Below, piece after piece: positions 50,509 through 59,393 of a DNA stretch of 64,000 nt. The notes beneath the pieces were generated by a model. That model was not told the origin of the DNA, made no database searches, and saw only the letters and a program-made list of their open reading frames with translations. Source of the stretch: Myxococcota bacterium (lineage in GTDB: Bacteria; Myxococcota_A; UBA9160; UBA4427); contig OZ252299.1 in assembly GCA_965250285.1 (NCBI GenBank), positions 5,120,001 through 5,184,000 of the forward strand, read 5' to 3'. Numbering within the stretch: position 1 is the stretch's first letter; every line of letters begins with the position of its first letter. The position numbers were made by a program, and so were the translations under genes.

Positions 50509-53500
50509 TCTCGCGGTCGCGCGGCGCTCGCGGCGCGCCGGTCGTTCGAGTGGCACCGCCTTCTGGATGATCCTGCTCGTCGTGGCCGCCTCGACGGCCC
50601 GCGCGAGTGAACCCGAGAGCATCATCGTTCGCTACGCAGGCGACGGACCCCACGCCGTCGAGGCGTGTGGCGTCGCGCTGCAGCAGCTCGGAAGCCACGA
50701 ACCGTACACGCGCGATCGGTCGTCGTCGCTCGATTCGCTGCATGAACGCTTCGACGTGCGCCGTGTTCGCGCGCTCGTCGGCGGCGGCGCCCGAGCCGAA
50801 GCGGGGCTGACCGGACGTCGGCGCGAGCTGCGGCGCCGGATCGAGCGCGCCTGGGGGCGTGCACAGCTGCGAGCACCGACGCGTCCGCGCTCTGGGCGCG
50901 CCAGCGGCCCGGGCGGCGTGCCTGCCGCCCGTCCGATTCACGGCATGCCGGCGCCCATGGCGCGCAGCGCCGACGCGCTGGCGCACGTCTATCGGATCGA
51001 GCTCGGTCCCGGGGTCTCGGCGCGAGAGGCCGCGCGTGCCTACGCGGCCGATCCCCACGTCGCATGGGCGCAGATCGACTTCGCGCGCGCGCTCGATCAG
51101 TTCGCCGGCCCGCCGCCGCCCTGGCCGGACCCGTTCGTCTCGAGCAGCGGAAGCTGGGGCCAACCCTACGCCGATCTGTGGGGCTTCCATCGCATCGGAG
51201 CGGGCGAGGCGCACTCGACATCGAGAGGCGAGGGCGTGGTCGTGGCCGTGGTCGATTCGGGCCTCGATCTCGACCATCCCGACATCGCGCGAAACGTCTT
51301 CGTGCATCCTGGCGAGGATCTGAACGGCAACGGGATCGCCGACCCCGAAGAGTGGAACGGCGTCGATGACGATGGCAACGGCTACATCGACGACCTCGTG
51401 GGCTTCGACTTTGCGAACTCGATCGATGCGAACGGCGACGGCGACTACGTCGATGCAGACGACGTGAACGACGCCGACCCGTTCGATGACCGCGGCCATG
51501 GATCGCATGTCGCCGGCATCATCGGGGCCGTCGCGAACAACGGTGAGGGCATCGCGGGCGTGGCGCCGGGCGCTCGAATCATGCCGCTCAAGGGCTTCAA
51601 GGCCGATGGCGAGAACAGCGACGCGCTGCTCTGGCGCGCGGTCCTCTACGCCGCGCTGAACGGCGCGCAGGTCGTGAACAACAGCTGGTCGTGTGCGCTG
51701 CCGTGCCCCCGGAACCCGCTCGCCGAGGAGGTCGTCGAGCTGGTGCACGGGCTCGGCGTCACGATCGTCACGTCGGCCGGCAATCGATCGCGTGACGCGG
51801 CGGTCTTCAGACCCGAGAACATGTGGCAGACACTCACGGTCGGATCGTCGACCGTCGACGACGAGCCGTCGACATCGTTCACGAATCAGGGCTTCGTGGT
51901 CGATGTGCTCGCACCGGGGGGAGGGCCACCGATCGTCGCCGGTGTGAACGTCGCCCGGCGCAACATCCTCTCGCTGCGCTCGAGCGGCGGCAACCCGAAC
52001 GACGAAGTCTTCGAGGTGAGTGACGACTACCTCCGCATGTCGGGAACATCGATGTCTGCGCCCCAGGTCGCGGGCGTCGCGGCCCTGCTCTACGCGCAGA
52101 GGCCTGGGATCGGTCCCGATGCGGTGCGGCGCATCATTCGCCGCACGGCCCTCGATCTGGGCGACCCCGGCCACGACTGGGAGACCGGCGCCGGTCGACT
52201 CGACGCCGCACGCGCGGTCGCCGAGCCCGAGGCGCCCGACTGGGTCGTGCGCGTGACCTCGCCCCGCGTCGCCACATGGATCGATCCCCGCGAAGGCCGA
52301 CTCGAGGTGCGCGGCACGGCCCGTGGGCCCGACTTCGCGCGGGTCGAGGTCTCGGTCGGCGAGGGCGTTCGCCCCGAGTCGTGGCAGCTGATCGTCTCGT
52401 CGACGACGCCCGTCGATGCGGGTGTGCTCGCCGAGTGGCGCCTCGAGCCCGAGATCGCGGGCGCCTGGGTGATCCGGGTCGAGGCGGTGAGCCGGCAGGG
52501 GGTGCGGGCGCGCGAGTTCATCCCCGTGAGCTTCGACCGGTTGTCGCCGCAGATCCTCTCGAGCGAGGGGCCACCGGCCGAGCGGCCGGCGATTCATGGT
52601 CGGCGGGTCGTGTGGCAGAGCCGTCGGGGCGAGACCGAGGATCGATTCGGGCGGCTCGACTACGACCTCTTCGAGGGCGCCTTCGGGCGCGAACTCGAGC
52701 GTCGCCTGGTCGGCGGCCCCGGCGATCAGCGAGACGTCGACGTTTCGGCCAGTCGACGCGGTCGCACCTACGCCTGGCTCACGCAACTCGACCTCGACGC
52801 GCCTCCGCGCGCGCGCGCATGTCACGTGGCCAGGGGGCAGGACCGCACGTGCCTCGGCGTCGATCTCGGCGGCGATCGCGGACAGACCCAGCCTCCGGTG
52901 GCGATGCGCGACGGGGTGTACTGGCTCGACCCGTTGCCGGGACAATCGAGTCGCTTCGATCTCACGACCTGCCGGTTCGATACGCCCGGGGGCGTGTGTG
53001 CGCCGACCCCGACCGGCCTCGCGCCAGAGCGCCGCGGCTTCGTGGAGGGCGACGGCCGCGGCACGCTGTCGTGGAACGCGCTCGACGACGGCCTGCGCAT
53101 CGCCACCTGCGAGGTCGATGGCGCGGGTCGCTGTGACGAGGTGCGGTTGCCGGCCGGCGAGCGCGCCTTCACGCGACCGGCCGCGTCGCGTGGCCTCGTC
53201 GCGTGGGTCGCCGCCCGGTTCTTCGGCGACCGGCCACTGCGGGCCTGTGTGCCCGATGAAGTCGGTGCCTGCGAGCCCATCGACATCCTGCCCCACGCCG
53301 AAGACGACCGGGTGCGCGTTTCGGGCGATCTCGTCGTGTGGGACGGGCACGTCGACGACCAGGCGAGCGATGTCTTCTTCTGCGAGTTCGATCGGCTCCG
53401 CGGCCGCTGCCCTGTTCAGCGCCTCACGAGCGAGGGATCGAAGCAGGATCAATCGGACGTCGATGGGCGGCGAATCGTCTGGGTCGATGAGCGACTCGGT

Positions 53501-53911
53501 CCAGGTCGAATCGCCGCGACCGAGTTGCCCAGCTGGCGGCCGATCGGGCCGCGACGGGTCCACGCCGGTCGATGGCTGCAGTTTACGGCCTGGCTCGATC
53601 CGAGCGACCATGGCGTGGCCCGGGTCGGGCTCGACGCCGCGCCTCTCGCGCCCGTCGAGTCCCCTGAGATCACGACCGCTGCGCCCGGCCGCGGTGGCCT
53701 CGTGCCCGTTCACTTCCGCTGGCGAGCGACGCCCGACGAGGTGGGCGAGCACGTCTTCACGCTGCACGCCCGCAGCGAGACCGGCCTGTCGACGCGCGTC
53801 TCTTTCCGCGTCGAAGTGCAGCCCGCACCCAGCGCGCCCCGAGCGGGTCTGAGCGCGATCTGGCTGTCCCGACTTGCGTCGTGGTTGCGCACGGCCGGCT
53901 TCGACGTCTGA
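50495..53911 (+). CDS. Large secreted S8 (subtilisin) serine peptidase with C-terminal repeat/Ig-like domains
   Basis: Triad motifs VVDSG, HGSHVAG and SGTSMSAP; oxyanion SAGN; repeated I.G.R.VW elements in the C-terminal half. Confidence 0.9.
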   Translation: MSTPDLAVARRSRRAGRSSGTAFWMILLVVAASTARASEPESIIVRYAGDGPHAVEACGVALQQLGSHEPYTRDRSSSLDSLHERFDVRRVRALVGGGARAEAGLTGRRRELRRRIERAWGRAQLRAPTRPRSGRASGPGGVPAARPIHGMPAPMARSADALAHVYRIELGPGVSAREAARAYAADPHVAWAQIDFARALDQFAGPPPPWPDPFVSSSGSWGQPYADLWGFHRIGAGEAHSTSRGEGVVVAVVDSGLDLDHPDIARNVFVHPGEDLNGNGIADPEEWNGVDDDGNGYIDDLVGFDFANSIDANGDGDYVDADDVNDADPFDDRGHGSHVAGIIGAVANNGEGIAGVAPGARIMPLKGFKADGENSDALLWRAVLYAALNGAQVVNNSWSCALPCPRNPLAEEVVELVHGLGVTIVTSAGNRSRDAAVFRPENMWQTLTVGSSTVDDEPSTSFTNQGFVVDVLAPGGGPPIVAGVNVARRNILSLRSSGGNPNDEVFEVSDDYLRMSGTSMSAPQVAGVAALLYAQRPGIGPDAVRRIIRRTALDLGDPGHDWETGAGRLDAARAVAEPEAPDWVVRVTSPRVATWIDPREGRLEVRGTARGPDFARVEVSVGEGVRPESWQLIVSSTTPVDAGVLAEWRLEPEIAGAWVIRVEAVSRQGVRAREFIPVSFDRLSPQILSSEGPPAERPAIHGRRVVWQSRRGETEDRFGRLDYDLFEGAFGRELERRLVGGPGDQRDVDVSASRRGRTYAWLTQLDLDAPPRARACHVARGQDRTCLGVDLGGDRGQTQPPVAMRDGVYWLDPLPGQSSRFDLTTCRFDTPGGVCAPTPTGLAPERRGFVEGDGRGTLSWNALDDGLRIATCEVDGAGRCDEVRLPAGERAFTRPAASRGLVAWVAARFFGDRPLRACVPDEVGACEPIDILPHAEDDRVRVSGDLVVWDGHVDDQASDVFFCEFDRLRGRCPVQRLTSEGSKQDQSDVDGRRIVWVDERLGPGRIAATELPSWRPIGPRRVHAGRWLQFTAWLDPSDHGVARVGLDAAPLAPVESPEITTAAPGRGGLVPVHFRWRATPDEVGEHVFTLHARSETGLSTRVSFRVEVQPAPSAPRAGLSAIWLSRLASWLRTAGFDV

Positions 53912-54035
53912 AACCGGGTCTCTGCGTGTCTGACCGATTCGACGCCGCACATCCGGTCGCTGCAGGCCAGGCTCATCGAAGCCGTTCGCTTGGGAACGAA
54001 AGCCCCTCGGAGCGCATCTCCAGGCGAGGGCGCGG

Positions 54036-54044
54036 TGGTATGAT
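54036..54044 (+). promoter_or_regulatory. Extended -10 element
   Basis: TGGTATGAT (TGn plus TATGAT) about 50 nt upstream of the 54093 start. Confidence 0.45.
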
Positions 54045-54092
54045 CGCGGGCCATCCTGGCACCGGTCGCCCGCGACCGGAAGGAGTCCGTGG

Positions 54093-57092
54093 GTGATCCG
54101 ACTGATTGCGCTGCTTCTGACCGTGATGACGGGCTTCAGTGGTCTCGTCTACGAGGTCGCGTGGCAGAAGTACCTGGCGACGTTGCTGGGCTCGCACAGT
54201 GAGGCCACGGCTTCGGTGCTCGCGATCTTCCTGGGCGGGCTCTCAGTCGGCTATTGGCTCTTCGGGCAGGTGACGCGCCGCCACGTGGTGCGCAGCGAGG
54301 CGGCCGGCGTGCCGCCGCGGCTGCTCCTCATCTACGGATCGCTCGAGGCCGGCATCGGCGCCTACGTGATCGCGTTCCCGTGGCTCTTCAAGGCCGTGCA
54401 GGCGCTCTCGTACGCGCTGCCCTACGGCACCGGCGGCTTCGGCTTCGCCATCGATGTCCTGCTCGCGACGCTGCTGATCGGTCCGGCCTCGGTGCTGATG
54501 GGCGGCACGATCCCGATCCTCACTCAGGGTCTGGCGCGCAGCCTCGAAGACGCGACGCGGTTTCACGCATTCGTCTATGCGTTCAATACGGCCGGTGCGT
54601 TCGTTGGTGCGCTCGCCGCCGGGTTCTATCTGATCCCGGCGCTCGGTCTCGTCAACGTGATGCTTGCCATGGGCTGCATCAACCTCGTGGCCGGCGGCAT
54701 CTTCATCGCGCTCGGGGTGCGGGGCCGAGCCGTCGTCTCGCTCTCGACCGAGTCGGCGGGGGAGGGCGACAAGCTCGAGGGCTTCGCGATCTACGCCTTC
54801 GTCTCGCTGCTCTCGGGCTTTGCGATGATGACGATCCAGACGGCGATCATCCGCATTGCCGGCCTCTCGTTCGGCTCGTCGCAGTTCACGTTCTCGATGG
54901 TCGTCGCGGTCTTCGTGCTGTGCATCGCGCTCGGCAGCTTCGCGGTCTCGGCGCTCAGTCGCATTCCGACCTGGCTGATCGTCGGCAATCAGTGGCTGCT
55001 CGCGGTGCTCTTCGTCGTGCTGTATCCGCGCCTCGACGAGATGCCGCACTGGATCTGGCAGCTGCGGTTGATCTTCCGCGACATCGACGCGGCCTTTCTC
55101 GTCTACTACCTGGCCGGCTTCGTCGGCATCCTGACGCTCCTCGGCCTGCCCGTCATCCTCTCGGGTGCGGTGCTGCCGCTGCTCTTCCATCAGATGCGCA
55201 CCCAGGTCGATCACCTGGGTGACCTCGCGGGCAGTCTCTACAGCTGGAACACGGTTGGCTCGCTCTTCGGCGCACTCGTCGGGGGCTACGCGCTCTTCTA
55301 CTGGTTCGATCTGCACGAGATCATGCGGATCGCGATCTATGCGCTGCTCGCGGCCGCGCTGTTGCTCACGATTCAGATCTACGCCCTTCAGAAGGCGTGG
55401 GCCGGCCTGCTCGTGCCGCTCCTTCTCTTCATCTATCTGCTGCCGGCGTGGGATCCGACCCTGCTCTACGCGGGACTCTTTCGGCGCCGTGAGGTGATGC
55501 CGTTCGCCTTCGACGGGGTCGACTCGATTCGCGAGCAGAAGCCGAGGTGGTTCGATGACAACATCGTGTACACCGAAGACGACCCGATCACGAGCGTGAC
55601 CGTGCGCAACTGGAAGTACGGCAACATCGATTCGCTCTCGATCTCGACGAACGGCAAGTCGGACGGCGACACGTACATCGACTACACGACGATGGGGCTC
55701 GCGGCCGTGTTGCCCGCGATGTTGGCCGACGAGGCGCGCACTGCGTTCGTGATCGGCTGGGGCACCGGTGTCACGGCGGGCGAGCTGGCAGCGATGAAGT
55801 CGGTCGAGCGCGTCGACGTGGCCGAGATCTCGCCGGGCGTGATGAACGCGGCGCCGCTCTTCGACTTCGCCAACATGAACGCATCGACGCAGTCGAAGAT
55901 CGAGGTGATCGAGAGCGACGCCTATCGAGCCCTGATGCGCAGCGATGTCGACTACGACCTCGTCATCTCGGAGCCGAGCAATCCATGGGTGGCCGGTGTC
56001 GAGATGCTCTTCAGTCGCGAGTTTCTCGAAGCCGCGAAGGCGAAGCTCACGCCCGGCGGCGTCTATTGCCAGTGGTTCCACCAGTACGAGACCGACACAG
56101 AGACGGTCGAGCTCGTGATGCGGACCTACCGCGAGGTGTTCGACTACGTGGCGGTCTGGCGGGCGAACTCGTACGACTTGCTGATCATGGGCTTCAACAA
56201 GCCTGGCCCGGCCCTCGATCACTACCGCCTCGAGGCGCGCGCCGCGCAGCCCGACCTGAAGGCGGCGCTGCTGCGCTCGCGGGTTCGCAGCTTCTCGGCG
56301 TTGCTCGCGCACGAGGTGCTGCCCCTGGGCGTGCTGCACGCCGCCGACCTCTCGGGGCCGATCCATACGCTGTATCACCCGATCCTGAGCGATGCGGCGG
56401 GGCGCGCGTTCTACCGCGGTGAGCGTGGCGAGCTGCCATTCACCGGCTATGGCGAGCCGGCGCGGATCGGCCACGCGAACTCGATGACCCGGGCCTGGTT
56501 CGAGCGTTTTCAGGGCGGGCCCTCGTCGGAGGCGCTCGCCGACTACGCGGCCGAGCGGTGCACGCTCGCGCGCGAGGAGTGTCTGCCGCTCGTCGAGCAC
56601 TGGCTCGACGAGCGGCCCGGCGATCGCCGTCTCGGTCACCTGCGCGACGACCTGCTGAACGATGAGCGCATCGCCTGGCCCGATGACGGGGGCGTGGCGC
56701 AGTACCTGTGGGGCGACGGCGCGGAGATCCTCGCAGCCGGGCCGCTCCGGCCCGATCAGGCGTTTCGGTTGACCGAGACCTACATGCGGGCCTACTCGCA
56801 TGGCCTGCCGTTCTCGCCGCGGGCGCTCGAGGCGGTCTGGTCGGCGTGCAGTCGCAGCCACCGGAATCGCACGAAGTGCGAAGGGGATCTCTTGCGCGCG
56901 CAGGTCGAAGGCGCGGCCTCGTTCTCGGAAGCGGAGCTCGATGCCGCCATCGATCGGTGCGCGGCCGAGATGCCCGCATCGCGCGTCTGCGTCGACGGGC
57001 GTGTGCAGATCGGCGGCCTGCTCGAGAACGGCACCGTGCCGCCCGCACTGCTCGAGTGGCAGGAGCTCGGCTCGCACGCTGCGGGCGGCTAG
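54093..57092 (+). CDS. Multi-TM membrane protein fused to spermidine-synthase-like SAM-dependent domain
   Basis: GFSGLVYEVAW and YAFNTAG TM repeats; NGKSDG, VIGWGTGVT, AEISP, D and ISEPSNPW. Confidence 0.85.
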   Translation: MIRLIALLLTVMTGFSGLVYEVAWQKYLATLLGSHSEATASVLAIFLGGLSVGYWLFGQVTRRHVVRSEAAGVPPRLLLIYGSLEAGIGAYVIAFPWLFKAVQALSYALPYGTGGFGFAIDVLLATLLIGPASVLMGGTIPILTQGLARSLEDATRFHAFVYAFNTAGAFVGALAAGFYLIPALGLVNVMLAMGCINLVAGGIFIALGVRGRAVVSLSTESAGEGDKLEGFAIYAFVSLLSGFAMMTIQTAIIRIAGLSFGSSQFTFSMVVAVFVLCIALGSFAVSALSRIPTWLIVGNQWLLAVLFVVLYPRLDEMPHWIWQLRLIFRDIDAAFLVYYLAGFVGILTLLGLPVILSGAVLPLLFHQMRTQVDHLGDLAGSLYSWNTVGSLFGALVGGYALFYWFDLHEIMRIAIYALLAAALLLTIQIYALQKAWAGLLVPLLLFIYLLPAWDPTLLYAGLFRRREVMPFAFDGVDSIREQKPRWFDDNIVYTEDDPITSVTVRNWKYGNIDSLSISTNGKSDGDTYIDYTTMGLAAVLPAMLADEARTAFVIGWGTGVTAGELAAMKSVERVDVAEISPGVMNAAPLFDFANMNASTQSKIEVIESDAYRALMRSDVDYDLVISEPSNPWVAGVEMLFSREFLEAAKAKLTPGGVYCQWFHQYETDTETVELVMRTYREVFDYVAVWRANSYDLLIMGFNKPGPALDHYRLEARAAQPDLKAALLRSRVRSFSALLAHEVLPLGVLHAADLSGPIHTLYHPILSDAAGRAFYRGERGELPFTGYGEPARIGHANSMTRAWFERFQGGPSSEALADYAAERCTLAREECLPLVEHWLDERPGDRRLGHLRDDLLNDERIAWPDDGGVAQYLWGDGAEILAAGPLRPDQAFRLTETYMRAYSHGLPFSPRALEAVWSACSRSHRNRTKCEGDLLRAQVEGAASFSEAELDAAIDRCAAEMPASRVCVDGRVQIGGLLENGTVPPALLEWQELGSHAAGG

Positions 57093-57288
57093 AGCGATCT
57101 CTCGGGCCGCCGACCCACGGACGATGGGTCACTCGCACCCTATGCGTGATGAAACGAGGCGCTCCTCCTCACCAACTTCATGTTCGAGCGGCATCTCCTT
57201 GAGATAGGATGGGGCTGGGAGGGGGTGCGGCCGACTGGCATCGCACTTCGAGCGCGGGCCCGTGCCCGGTCGTTCGAGGGGAAAGACG

Positions 57289-58008
57289 ATGCGAGTACGC
57301 GCCGCCACGATCGGCCTTTGGGGGGCGATCGCCTTGTTGGGCTCCGGTCTCGTCGCTCCGACGGCCTCTGCCGTTTCCATCACGTTGGTGCCGACTACCC
57401 CGACGACCGTCTCTCCCGGTGAGCGCGTCGAGTTCGACATCTATCTCAGCGACGCGCCTGCGAACATCAGCGCGTTCAATGTGGGTGTCTGGTACGTCCC
57501 GGATCTGCTCGAGTACGTCCCGGAACGCTCGAGTGCGACGTCGTACATCCTCTATACCGGCGGCAAGGGCGCGGCGTATCTGGTGCCGTTCTCCGACCCG
57601 TGGAGCGCCTGGACCGGGCCGAACCCAGTCGGGCTTGCGCGTGTCGACATCGGCTACCGAGCCGTTTCGACGGGCGGGGCGGTGACGCGAGCGGGCGACG
57701 GCGTCTTCCTCGGCAACCTCTCGTTCGACTGGATCGGGTTTCGGGGAATCAGCCAAGTCGAGCTCAACTTCGTCGACCTGCTCGGGACGTGCTTCATCGT
57801 CGACGGCGTCGACATCAAGGACTCGGTCGGGGTGAACTCGATCGAAGTCGCCGTCCTCCCCGAGCCGACGACCGGGCTGCTCGTCGGGCTCGGTCTGGGC
57901 GGCCTGGGCGCCGTTTCACGTCGCCGTCGTGCGCTGCGCGTGCGCGATGCGCGAAGTGCGATCGCTCGGCAGAGCACACGAGCTTCATTCGAGGAGCGAC
58001 TTCGATGA
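57289..58008 (+). CDS. PEP-CTERM protein with cohesin-like domain (paralog 2)
   Basis: Signal peptide; SYILYTGGKGAAYL; LPEP, TM, RRRR plus a 24-aa tail; stop overlaps the next ATG. Confidence 0.85.
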   Translation: MRVRAATIGLWGAIALLGSGLVAPTASAVSITLVPTTPTTVSPGERVEFDIYLSDAPANISAFNVGVWYVPDLLEYVPERSSATSYILYTGGKGAAYLVPFSDPWSAWTGPNPVGLARVDIGYRAVSTGGAVTRAGDGVFLGNLSFDWIGFRGISQVELNFVDLLGTCFIVDGVDIKDSVGVNSIEVAVLPEPTTGLLVGLGLGGLGAVSRRRRALRVRDARSAIARQSTRASFEERLR

Positions 58009-58649
58009 GCATGTATGTCATTCACTTCGTGGCGCTCCTGGCGTTCGTGCTCAGCGCGAGTACGAGCCACGCCGCCGCCATCCGACTCGCTCCGACGACG
58101 CCCACGTTGGGTGTGAACGTCGGCGATGTGATCGACTTCGATCTCTTTCTCGATACGCCCGCCGGGCTCCAGGTCTTCGGTGTGGCGGTGCTGTACGACC
58201 CCGACGTCATTCGGTACGAACCGAGTCGATCAGATGCCGTCTCGTACATCCTGTACACGGGTGGCAAGGGCGCGTCGTATCTGGTGCCCGACGAGGATCC
58301 GTGGTTCGTGTGGAGAGGTTTCGTCCCGCCCGGCCTCGAGCAGGTGAACGTCGTCTTCATCGATCATGCGTTCTCGAACCCGGATTCGACGGGCGGCGCG
58401 GCAGGAACCGATGTCTTTCTCGGCAACATCGCGTTCTCCCTGATCGCCCAGGATACGACCCTCGTCGAGCTGAACTTCGTGGATGTCGGCGGCACGGTGT
58501 TTTTTCTCGATGGAGAAGACATCGAGGAGACCGTCGAGGTCAACGCGTTCGAGGTGGGTTGGGTGCCCGAGCCGACGACGGCCTTGCTCGTCGGCTTGGG
58601 GCTCGCGGGCCTCGGGGTCCGGCGAAGGCGGTGGGCTCGCGACGCCTAG
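58005..58649 (+). CDS. PEP-CTERM protein with cohesin-like domain (paralog 3)
   Basis: GAGGAG SD; signal peptide; YDPDVIRY and SYILYTGGKGASYL; VPEP, TM, RRRR. Confidence 0.87.
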   Translation: MSMYVIHFVALLAFVLSASTSHAAAIRLAPTTPTLGVNVGDVIDFDLFLDTPAGLQVFGVAVLYDPDVIRYEPSRSDAVSYILYTGGKGASYLVPDEDPWFVWRGFVPPGLEQVNVVFIDHAFSNPDSTGGAAGTDVFLGNIAFSLIAQDTTLVELNFVDVGGTVFFLDGEDIEETVEVNAFEVGWVPEPTTALLVGLGLAGLGVRRRRWARDA

Positions 58650-58730
58650 GTTCACCCGCATCGGTCGCGCCCGACTCCACCGATCTGTGCGCGGTCGCCC
58701 GATCCGACGCAGCGTAAAAGGAGACTCCGC

Positions 58731-59393
58731 ATGAAATTCCGACCGGCTTGGCTCACTCTGCTCGCCATCGTCGCCGCTTGGGCCCCGGTTGGCTCCGCAG
58801 ATGCGGCATCACTTCTCCTGGAGCCCACGACTCCGACGCTCGGTATCGATGTGGGCGATGTCATCGACTTCGACCTCATCCTCGACTCGCCCGAGGGTCT
58901 GCAGATCATGGGTGCGGCGTTGCTCTTCGATCCCAGCGTGGTCCGGTACGAGCCAGAACGGAGCGACGCCACCGACTACGTGCTGTACACCGGAGGCAAG
59001 GGAGCCACGTATCTGGTCCCCCAATCTGATCCCTGGTCCGTGTGGTCGGGCAGAGCGCCGCCGGGGCGCACGCAGCTCGAGATCGTGCTCATCGAGCACG
59101 CCTTGCTGAACCCGCGCGCCCAGGTGATCCCGGCAGGCACGGGCACCGATCTGGGGAACGTCGCGTTCACGCTTCTGACGCAGGACACCACGATCGTCGA
59201 GATCACGTTCGTGAAGACGACGGGCACGGTCTTCGATGTCAATGGGACCGACCTCGAGGAGACCGTCGAGGTGAACGCGTTCGAGGTCGGCTGGGTGCCC
59301 GAACCGACGACGGCCTTGCTGGTCGGGGTCGGGCTCGGTGGGATGGCCTTGTTCGGGCGTGGGCGTGGGCGTCCGCGTCGCTACGGGATGTAG
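58731..59393 (+). CDS. PEP-CTERM protein with cohesin-like domain (paralog 4)
   Basis: AAGGAG SD; signal peptide; FDPSVVRY and DYVLYTGGKGATYL; VPEP, TM, basic tail. Confidence 0.87.
   Translation: MKFRPAWLTLLAIVAAWAPVGSADAASLLLEPTTPTLGIDVGDVIDFDLILDSPEGLQIMGAALLFDPSVVRYEPERSDATDYVLYTGGKGATYLVPQSDPWSVWSGRAPPGRTQLEIVLIEHALLNPRAQVIPAGTGTDLGNVAFTLLTQDTTIVEITFVKTTGTVFDVNGTDLEETVEVNAFEVGWVPEPTTALLVGVGLGGMALFGRGRGRPRRYGM

Noticed and set aside
51310..51490. Dockerin inside the S8 protease
   Set aside because: The DxNxNG-type loops lie within the catalytic domain between Asp and His, as in many subtilases, and lack the paired helices of dockerins.
50477..57077. Long antisense ORFs (50477..53950, 54243..57077; likewise 9601..11880 and 23471..25600)
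   Set aside because: These are shadow frames opposite well-supported genes, expected at this GC content, and carry no recognisable motifs.
57236..57250. Sigma54 promoter before paralogs 2-4 (TGGCAT-N5-TTCG)
   Set aside because: The -24 element is good but the -12 dinucleotide is CG rather than GC, so support is too weak.
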